From the IMG/VR virus record IMGVR_UViG_3300010347_001588, positions 5,791 to 69,790 of that record: a DNA stretch of 64,000 nt. The stretch is one strand, 5' to 3'. The notes under the pieces were generated by a model. It worked only from the letters and a program-made list of their open reading frames with translations, was not told where the DNA came from and did not search any database. Positions 56,878-64,000 of this stretch are shown piece by piece. The translations under genes and the position numbers were made by a program. The first letter of the stretch is position 1. Each line of letters opens with the position of its first letter. Source of the DNA: a virus. Its lineage: Duplodnaviria > Caudoviricetes.

Positions 56878-57267
56878 TTACCTCTTGAATAGAATATTCA
56901 TGAGTAGTGTTGTAATCAATGATATACCTGCCAATAAGATAGAAATTAGCACTTTAATTTGTATGCGTTGAATGAGTTGTATAATTTCTGCTTTAATTAA
57001 TAACCTATTTGAATTGCAAGAGGATTCGAATTTTTCCTTTAATTCTTTTGTTTGGTCACATGTTTCATCCTCTAACTCTTGTTTTTGATTTCCCATCTCT
57101 TTCCATAGTAGGGAAGTTTCTTTTTCTATCAATGCTTGAATATTCGTGAATTTTTCACGTATATATTCGTTTTGCATATCAATCTTATCCAATCTTCGTT
57201 GGATTAGATCAGATGTTTCTTGTTGCTTTTTTAAAAGCTCTTGTATTTCGGGTATATCCATAGCCAT
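56878..57267 (-). CDS. Coiled-coil protein with one C-terminal transmembrane helix
   Basis: Heptads followed by IKVLISILLAGISLITTLLMNILFKR. Confidence 0.65.
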   Translation of the reverse strand: MAMDIPEIQELLKKQQETSDLIQRRLDKIDMQNEYIREKFTNIQALIEKETSLLWKEMGNQKQELEDETCDQTKELKEKFESSCNSNRLLIKAEIIQLIQRIQIKVLISILLAGISLITTLLMNILFKR

Positions 57268-57408
57268 AATTATTATCCTGTATATTAAATATCATGAAAT
57301 ATTTTTATTTTTTAGGATAGTACTATCTTAAAATAACAAATTTTAGTACTATTCTTACAAGTAGATTCCACGAATTGTGTGGGTAATATTTTTTATTGGA
57401 GGAATACG

Positions 57409-57612
57409 ATGAATTATTCTGGTACGATTTTATTCTTAACTGGTGATAAGACGAAAGCTATTGTGGCTGAAGGTGTGGTTGGTGATTCCTTTCGGAGTAA
57501 ACTGGCCTTTGTAGAGGCTAATTTATCCGCAAAGAGTGTTGGGGATACTATTACGTATTCGTATGACCAGACTTTTGGTTCAAATAATGGTTATAATATT
57601 ACTGTGATATAA
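57409..57612 (+). CDS. Hypothetical protein
   Basis: GGAGG RBS before MNYSG. Confidence 0.6.
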   Translation: MNYSGTILFLTGDKTKAIVAEGVVGDSFRSKLAFVEANLSAKSVGDTITYSYDQTFGSNNGYNITVI

Positions 57613-58686
57613 TTGATGGCGACACTACCGGAAAAGATTAAACTTATCGATTATTATTCCATCTTATTTCCTGAGTTGGATATTAAGACGTTTATTGAGA
57701 ATACCTTTATGGATTCGAAATTCGCCTCTATAGGTACGAATATGTCACAAGAAATATATAAACAGGCGGCTGGGCCACTAGAGATCCCACCAGTTTCAGA
57801 AGTGGCGGTGAAAGCCAAGCCGAATTTAGCTGAGCAATCTGGTATGGATGTTGGTGTGCCTATTGGACCGCCACCACCTATAATGGACACACCATTAGAC
57901 ACTAATAAGCCGATAAATCCTATGCCACCATCTCCGGTAGAAAATGGGGCGAAAGAACCTGAAGAAAAGAAAGAAAATGAATCTTTATCAGAAGACGTAA
58001 AGATTCGTTTATTATCTGAGTTGAATTCGCTTAAGTCTGATATTGATCACCTTAAAACACTAACCACTGTGGATGATGTTAAAAATTCGATTATTACTGA
58101 AGTAAAAAATATTCTAAAAGATTTACAGTCAGATGTGGAGGATTTTAAAGATCGAAAAGTACCGAAGCGAAAAACGACTGATTTAAATGGTGCTTATAAA
58201 CATCAAATTTATGCTATTGGTGTTGGAGTGCTAGATGAGATTTTACCTGAGTTATTTGAAGAAGTGCCTGAATATTCCTTATTATCGTTACAGGTTAGTC
58301 GATTTTTTATTGATGGTACTGTTGCTGATGGGTTGTTATCGATTTCATGTGAGGTCGATAAGAATGGAAACCGATATGATTTCTTAGTTGAATTACCTAT
58401 TTTAAATGGCTTAATTCATCATCCTATTCATATTACACATAATAGAAAGGTAATCCCGTTAACATCGGAAGCAATTCAAGAATTTTTGTTATCGAAATCG
58501 TATCGTAAGCCATATGTAAAAGAAGTAGAGAGGAAGAATTTATATTCGTATAATAATACTGAAACACATAAACGAGAGGATAAGCAAAAATATTACCCGA
58601 CGTTAAGTAATCTTGTAGGTCCTGTTGGGGTTCCTACAAAATCAAAGTGGGTAAATTATAAAACTATTGGGAGTAATACCATATGA
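57613..58686 (+). CDS. Hypothetical virion-associated protein with a Pro-rich linker
   Basis: Operonic; Pro-rich segment followed by a coiled-coil. Confidence 0.55.
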   Translation: MMATLPEKIKLIDYYSILFPELDIKTFIENTFMDSKFASIGTNMSQEIYKQAAGPLEIPPVSEVAVKAKPNLAEQSGMDVGVPIGPPPPIMDTPLDTNKPINPMPPSPVENGAKEPEEKKENESLSEDVKIRLLSELNSLKSDIDHLKTLTTVDDVKNSIITEVKNILKDLQSDVEDFKDRKVPKRKTTDLNGAYKHQIYAIGVGVLDEILPELFEEVPEYSLLSLQVSRFFIDGTVADGLLSISCEVDKNGNRYDFLVELPILNGLIHHPIHITHNRKVIPLTSEAIQEFLLSKSYRKPYVKEVERKNLYSYNNTETHKREDKQKYYPTLSNLVGPVGVPTKSKWVNYKTIGSNTI

Positions 58687-58925
58687 CCGACAAACAATCA
58701 GATAAATTTTATATTAAAGATTTAGTTTCTGCAACATATATTATGTATAATGGTGTGAAATTTGCGGATGGTTATGATGAATCGTCAGGGTGTTGGGTAT
58801 TTGAGGATCCAGAAACCTGTAAGAAATTAGATCTCCAATTGCGTAATGGGGATGCACAAGTTGAGATATTAAAATATGAAAGTGCTCGGCGTACATTATT
58901 AGGTATGGTTCGTGGAAGAAAATAA
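58683..58925 (+). CDS. Small phage protein, DUF5659-like
   Basis: FYIKDLVSATYI...G...WVFED...V....YESARRTL pattern. Confidence 0.5.
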   Translation: MTDKQSDKFYIKDLVSATYIMYNGVKFADGYDESSGCWVFEDPETCKKLDLQLRNGDAQVEILKYESARRTLLGMVRGRK

Positions 58926-59109
58926 TAACATAATGTCTATTCTTATGGAGATCTTGGATGAACTGACCAATGTTCGGGATCAGGTTAATTCTATTCAGCA
59001 TGAGTTAGCAGAGATTCGTGACCTGATCAGTCAATTAAGGTACCAAGATAATCACATAATGAGTAAAGTAAATTTATGGATGGAAACACTAAACCACGCC
59101 GAAAAATAA
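58912..59109 (+). CDS. Small coiled-coil protein
   Basis: Heptad repeats. Confidence 0.55.
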   Translation: MEENNNIMSILMEILDELTNVRDQVNSIQHELAEIRDLISQLRYQDNHIMSKVNLWMETLNHAEK

Positions 59110-59258
59110 TAGAAATTAAGACGATTCTTCCATATGATTTATATGAGCGGTATGTGCAGTACATACGCGCGGAAGGTTTTTCAATACGTGAGGGTACACT
59201 TTATTTAATTGAGCAATATGTCAAAGCTGTAGAAGATGATATGCGTAAAAACAAGTAA
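59076..59258 (+). CDS. Small RHH-like protein
   Basis: IKTILPYDLYERYVQYIRAEGFSIREGTLYLIEQYV. Confidence 0.5.
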   Translation: MDGNTKPRRKIIEIKTILPYDLYERYVQYIRAEGFSIREGTLYLIEQYVKAVEDDMRKNK

Positions 59259-59264
59259 ACGCTA

Positions 59265-59630
59265 ATGAATACGTGTACGATATATGGATATATAATGTTG
59301 GGTGATGGGACACCAGTTGAAGGGGTCCAAGTGATTTTCTCATTGGGTGATAGTCCTATCATGACTAGTTCTGGATATGCAATATCGCGGGATACGGTAA
59401 TTACTACTACGTCTTCGACAGGGTATTTTGCTATAGAGTTAGTGCAAAATATAGAAGTATTTGTGCAGATTCCATTTATAGGTTTTCGTGAACGTATCTT
59501 AGTTCCAACGGCTGAGTCCGCGTTGATCTGGAGTTTATGTGGGATTGACATGATTGATGTAGATGAAGGGGGCGATGTCAATACCCCCACCAATGTTGAA
59601 GTTAATGTGGATAATACAAATAATTGGTAA
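59265..59630 (+). CDS. Ig-like / carboxypeptidase-regulatory-like virion protein
   Basis: CTIYGYI...GTPVEGVQV...TTTSSTGYFAIEL pattern. Confidence 0.6.
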   Translation: MNTCTIYGYIMLGDGTPVEGVQVIFSLGDSPIMTSSGYAISRDTVITTTSSTGYFAIELVQNIEVFVQIPFIGFRERILVPTAESALIWSLCGIDMIDVDEGGDVNTPTNVEVNVDNTNNW

Positions 59631-60664
59631 AATCTATGCGGTGGACTTTAGAAAGACTCCCTAACATTAAAAAGGTTGTTGATAAATATAAAATTTATGA
59701 ACGCATTTTAGCACGAAATTTAGAAAAAATGCGTGGATCTGGGAGTCCTTGTACTTCATGGACTAATGTTGGTATTACGAAAATTGGCTTATTGAACCAA
59801 ACTGAAATTAAATGTTATTGTTGGTCTAATATGGATGGTACCAATGCGCAGATTGGAAATCCTGATAAGCGACATTTTTTATGTATGGGTACTGGCTTTC
59901 TTCGTGGGTATCAGAAGTATGGATATTGTGAAGAAGTTATTTCAACACCAAGTCCGGTAACGCTTTCGTCGGGGATTGTAATTTCCGGAAATCGAAATAG
60001 TACATTTATTCTATCGTCTACCAATTTATTAGAGGGTACAATTACCTCTCAACGATTTCAATTAGACAAATTCATTGAATTTGATCGATTTTTATGTAAT
60101 GATGCAATTGATGCCACAAAGAATACTGTAGTATATCAATATTCATTAGATGATATTACATGGAATGATATTACGGTGACACCGTCTACACATCCGTTAG
60201 GCAATAAATCTGGTAGTATTACAGGATTACAACGGGGGGATTCGATTCGATTTCGTGTAATTTTGCGGAAATCGCGTGTTGATGCACCATCTCCAAAGTT
60301 TAATTCATTACGTTTTCGTTATCGAACGATGTTGAAATTATGTGATATTGATCCTGCATTTGATGATATCCCAATCCCCGCATTTCTTGCATCACGCGAA
60401 CAGCAAACCCGTGAAATAACGCAAGGGGAACATGGTTGGACAGTTAAATTCCCGTTACGATGGTGGACGATGCCTGATTCAGGAATTTATAACGATTCGA
60501 TAATAAAATTCTTAAAAGGGACATTTAAAGATTATATTTTTGTAATAAAGAATTTATATGAATATACATATGGAGAAGATTTGAAACTATTACATTATGG
60601 ATTTGAGAGTGATTATATACGTGACTATACAGATTTATTAGGTATAGTTCATTTATTAGACTAA
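59624..60664 (+). CDS. Probable neck/head-closure protein with a Cys motif and an inserted beta domain
   Basis: CYCW...HFLCMGTGFLRGY motif; position before the tail genes. Confidence 0.45.
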   Translation: MVKSMRWTLERLPNIKKVVDKYKIYERILARNLEKMRGSGSPCTSWTNVGITKIGLLNQTEIKCYCWSNMDGTNAQIGNPDKRHFLCMGTGFLRGYQKYGYCEEVISTPSPVTLSSGIVISGNRNSTFILSSTNLLEGTITSQRFQLDKFIEFDRFLCNDAIDATKNTVVYQYSLDDITWNDITVTPSTHPLGNKSGSITGLQRGDSIRFRVILRKSRVDAPSPKFNSLRFRYRTMLKLCDIDPAFDDIPIPAFLASREQQTREITQGEHGWTVKFPLRWWTMPDSGIYNDSIIKFLKGTFKDYIFVIKNLYEYTYGEDLKLLHYGFESDYIRDYTDLLGIVHLLD

Positions 60665-60683
60665 CAATAAGTGGAGGCATTAT

Positions 60684-61121
60684 ATGTTAAATGTAGTATT
60701 TGCTAAATTAGAACGCAATTATACAAAACACGGGATGAGCTTAGCTAAAGCGCTTGATGTATGGCGTGAGGTACAATATAGTCCAGAAGAAATTCAGGAA
60801 CAGGTGGCAAGTGATATTAATATGGATATTTCGTTAAAAGTCGCTGAAGAGCTACATTCCTTGGCGAATAATAAAACTGATATGATTGCAACGGTTGATA
60901 CCAAGCCAGATAAATATCAGAAATTCGTCCCCCTGTCTTATAAGGACAAGCGCGTTCCACAATTGGTAAAATTTACGTCTACCATTAAAAACAATTATGT
61001 GAAAGTCGGTGAAGACTTATACCAAGATAAGAAGACGAAGAAATATTGGACATTAAAAGAATCATTAGATCAAAACGGCAAACGTGGGTTATATTTAGTT
61101 GCAGTAGAAGTAAAGGAGTAA
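60684..61121 (+). CDS. Hypothetical protein
   Basis: GGAGG RBS; operonic. Confidence 0.6.
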   Translation: MLNVVFAKLERNYTKHGMSLAKALDVWREVQYSPEEIQEQVASDINMDISLKVAEELHSLANNKTDMIATVDTKPDKYQKFVPLSYKDKRVPQLVKFTSTIKNNYVKVGEDLYQDKKTKKYWTLKESLDQNGKRGLYLVAVEVKE

Positions 61122-61125
61122 TCAT

Positions 61126-61407
61126 ATGGATGATATGGGATTATTTGCTAAAGTATCTTCATTAGAAGAGTTATGTATAAAAGTAGCTAATCTTGAAGTG
61201 TTACTTAGTAGTATAAAGGTTGCACCTGATAGTGTTACTGTGTATCCAGTCCGTTGTCCGGCAGTTGGGAGAAGTGAAGATTATTTGAAGGATAACGAGA
61301 ATAAAGCTGCATGTAGTTTTGGGAAATCTATGTGTAAATATTTAGTAAATGCAGAATTTCGTCTTGATACATATGCAAAATTTATTGAATGTAAGTTTAG
61401 CAAATAA
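61126..61407 (+). CDS. Small Cys-containing hypothetical protein
   Basis: AAGGAG RBS; four Cys in the C-terminal half. Confidence 0.55.
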   Translation: MDDMGLFAKVSSLEELCIKVANLEVLLSSIKVAPDSVTVYPVRCPAVGRSEDYLKDNENKAACSFGKSMCKYLVNAEFRLDTYAKFIECKFSK

Positions 61408-61409
61408 TT

Positions 61410-62099
61410 ATGGGATTAGAAAATCCAATTTATCCACATATTGCGTCCCCAAATGTACAAGGCTTTGCGTATTATAAAGTATTACGACAAAGTAGATATG
61501 TATTAGTTGAGATGATAAAGGAATTTTTTAACTCCTTATCTTCTACTCCACAAATTATGTGTCCAGAAGTTATACAATTTCAGGGTGATGAACTAAACGT
61601 ATTTCGTGACTTTCCGTATGGGGAACGGAAATTGCCGTTAGTAATAGTGGCTTCATCTGAAGGTAAAGAAAAGAAATATTATATTGGTTCGGACAGTTCT
61701 ATAGGTCAAACTTTAATTACAACCTCGTCTGGAAATGAAGTTGCATATGAGGTTTGTATTGGGGCGTTTCAGTACAATACTGTTCTATTTTTAGTCTGTG
61801 AATCGGTCGAACAACGGTTGATGCTGGCGGAGTTATTATTTCAATGTTTTACGAATCATTATCGTTGGCAGTATTTTTATAGTATTGATAAATTAACCTC
61901 ATTCTCAATTGTTCCGAATACTGGGAATATTACACTAGGGCGCGAGCAAGAAACGCAAGAAAAAGGCGCGATAAATTTATTATATGTGATGGATTTAACT
62001 ATGCCGACGCATGTAGAATATACGTACATGTATCCAGCGGTATATCCTACCGTTCAGAATTTTGAAATAGATGATCAATCTAATGTACTATCTGGATAG
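61410..62099 (+). CDS. Probable tail completion/terminator protein
   Basis: Directly upstream of the sheath gene; FRDFPYGERKLPLVIV pattern. Confidence 0.5.
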   Translation: MGLENPIYPHIASPNVQGFAYYKVLRQSRYVLVEMIKEFFNSLSSTPQIMCPEVIQFQGDELNVFRDFPYGERKLPLVIVASSEGKEKKYYIGSDSSIGQTLITTSSGNEVAYEVCIGAFQYNTVLFLVCESVEQRLMLAELLFQCFTNHYRWQYFYSIDKLTSFSIVPNTGNITLGREQETQEKGAINLLYVMDLTMPTHVEYTYMYPAVYPTVQNFEIDDQSNVLSG

Positions 62100-62196
62100 C
62101 ATGTAAAATTTTTGGGTCGCTTTGCTTAAAAATAGATAAATGATATGATAATTTACGATTAGTAACATGTAATTATTGCACGGCACGAGGTTTGCA

Positions 62197-63582
62197 ATGA
62201 CAGGATATAGATTACCGGGTACTATTATTGAAGATGTAACGAAGACTACGTCGTATACATCATTATCCACGCAACGAATTCCTTGTTTTATTGGTGTTGC
62301 TAGCCCCTATAAAACGGTTAAATATGAGGCGGTCGTACGATCGTCTACCGGGTTAGCGGATTCATTGGTATATTCCTCCGCTGGGATTTATACTATTACT
62401 GCGGTCGGCGCACAGCGTGGCCTTTCAAATTATATTGAGGGTGTACATTGGAATTTAATCGCAGATCAAATTGTATGGACTTCAAGTGGTATAGTTGCGG
62501 CTGGTGCGACCTATTATGTATCATATAAATATGTGAGACCTTTTGATCCTGACAATTTGACAGATAGTGAGTTAAATGATTATCGATATAAAGAATTTAC
62601 GCAATTTGATGAGGTAGTCGCGGATTTGGGTGAGGATATCCCTGATCATCCACTCGTCATGATTTGTAAGTTGGCACTTAGATATTATGGGCTACCTAAA
62701 ATTGCAGTGGTACAAGTATATGCGGATTCGACTACGTATTATGAGATGGCACTTGACCTTATTAAGTATCGATCTGTACATGATATCTGTCTATTAAATT
62801 CAAGTAGTACGGTACGTGCGTTAGGTGTTAACCACGTGCAAGTGTGTAGTCTGCCAGATAATGGTCGATATCGTATGTTGTGGACTGGTGCTCCTGTTGG
62901 TACTCCGATTGGTGATGAAACCGATTTAACATCTATTAGTGGCATGATCGCAGGTATTCGTTTTGAGCGTGTGGTATTTGTGAATGCGACTCGAGCTAAA
63001 TATTATTACATAGATCCGATCACCAATACTGAACAATATACAGTGGTCGATGGTGCCTTTATCGCAGCTGCCGTTGCCGCATATCGAGATTCGTTTACCT
63101 ATCCTGCTACGACTTTACTAAATAAAGTAATTGGTGGATTAACATTATTTACTGAAGACTACGATGATTATTATTCAGAATATATGTTAACTCAGGCTGG
63201 TGCGGCCAGCGCATTTGTGATGACTAATTCTGCTGGTGGTATGAAAGTGTTAGATGATTTGACCACGGATAATACCACTGTTGAACGGAATAACATTAAT
63301 ATAATTACAGCGAAAGATTATATTATGTTTGATGTGATTTTCCAAATGAATTCACAATTTCGTGGGACAGTCGTAACAAATCGTGAGTCATATAGTTCCA
63401 CGATCAGAGCGTTTTTATCATCGTTATTTGCGGGATATAGACGTAATGGAATCATTGAAGCAGTTGATCAGATTCGTGTAACATTACCATCCGATAGGCG
63501 TGATACTGTATATATATACTTTAGCTATTATGCAGTTTATACGCATAAATATACGGAAGGCGAATTAGCAATTGTAATATAA
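62197..63582 (+). CDS. Contractile tail sheath protein
   Basis: YRLPGTIIEDV, RIPCFIGVA, VVDGAFIAAAVAA, DDLTTD...ERNNINIITAKDYI; GAGG RBS before MTGY. Confidence 0.85.
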   Translation: MTGYRLPGTIIEDVTKTTSYTSLSTQRIPCFIGVASPYKTVKYEAVVRSSTGLADSLVYSSAGIYTITAVGAQRGLSNYIEGVHWNLIADQIVWTSSGIVAAGATYYVSYKYVRPFDPDNLTDSELNDYRYKEFTQFDEVVADLGEDIPDHPLVMICKLALRYYGLPKIAVVQVYADSTTYYEMALDLIKYRSVHDICLLNSSSTVRALGVNHVQVCSLPDNGRYRMLWTGAPVGTPIGDETDLTSISGMIAGIRFERVVFVNATRAKYYYIDPITNTEQYTVVDGAFIAAAVAAYRDSFTYPATTLLNKVIGGLTLFTEDYDDYYSEYMLTQAGAASAFVMTNSAGGMKVLDDLTTDNTTVERNNINIITAKDYIMFDVIFQMNSQFRGTVVTNRESYSSTIRAFLSSLFAGYRRNGIIEAVDQIRVTLPSDRRDTVYIYFSYYAVYTHKYTEGELAIVI

Positions 63583-63592
63583 GAGGTGATTT

Positions 63593-64000
63593 ATGGGTGA
63601 ATATACCGTACCTGGTAGCAGATTATTACCATTACATAATGTTGATGAATCAGCGACTACCCCACATTCTGTAATTCAATCAATTACGATGGGGATTCGT
63701 ATTGGGTCTAATAAATATGCTATTGGGGCTATTCATAAATTCTCGTTCAGAATGGAACGAGATGCAAAGCCAATTTATCAAATTGAACCATATCCCGACG
63801 TTCGTGGTGATGATACGAGTGCGAGTGGTCTTGGTGGTGCATTTGCCTCTGCGGAATTTGATGAAGATACTACCTATTGGCCTGGTGAAGCGATTGAAGT
63901 AATCCCTGGAAAAATGGGACCGATTAATATTACACTACATCGGTATGTCTTATATACTGCTAATCTTATGGCAGCGGTGTTGCGTGCAACTGGTAGTGGT
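63593..64000 (+). CDS. Tail tube protein, N-terminal part (runs off the window edge; not in the ORF track)
   Basis: GAGGTG RBS; MGEYTVPG...IGAIHKFSFRMERDAKPIYQIE...EAIEVIPG...ITLHRYVLY; follows the sheath gene. Confidence 0.75.
   Translation, partial: MGEYTVPGSRLLPLHNVDESATTPHSVIQSITMGIRIGSNKYAIGAIHKFSFRMERDAKPIYQIEPYPDVRGDDTSASGLGGAFASAEFDEDTTYWPGEAIEVIPGKMGPINITLHRYVLYTANLMAAVLRATGSG

Noticed and set aside
63702-63902. 66-aa ORF near the right edge
   Set aside because: Out-of-frame overlap with the tail tube gene starting at 63593
1-64000. CRISPR array, tRNA or rRNA genes
   Set aside because: Intergenic gaps are short; I saw no regularly spaced direct repeats, cloverleaf-compatible sequences or rRNA-like tracts
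1-64000. Stop-codon reassignment (alternative genetic code)
   Set aside because: Conserved genes (polA, nrdJ, sbcC, MCP, sheath) are full length and densely packed under the standard code

Overview
This AT-rich window looks like part of a large, jumbo-like tailed bacteriophage with a contractile tail (myovirus morphotype). The host cannot be identified from the window. It has two divergent arms. The left arm (1-31361, minus strand) carries a nearly complete bacterial-style replication and recombination kit: DnaB, a DnaC-like loader, primase, a sliding clamp, a UDG-PolA fusion, SSB, RecA, RuvC, SbcCD, a class II RNR and a replication initiator. It also carries two sigma factors, a tubulin/FtsZ-family GTPase, a Pol-beta-type nucleotidyltransferase and a MuF-motif protein. 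The right arm (34862-64000, mostly plus strand) is the virion module: large unknown proteins, portal, prohead protease, scaffold, decoration protein, major capsid, neck, tail sheath and a partial tail tube. At the divergence point are a probable origin inside the initiator gene, a complete IS200/IS605 element (tnpA+tnpB) and a patchwork of foreign gene stubs (DNA methyltransferase, parA, istB and an IS21-like end). I saw no tRNA, rRNA or CRISPR array. All product calls come from recognising motifs by eye; no database searches were run.
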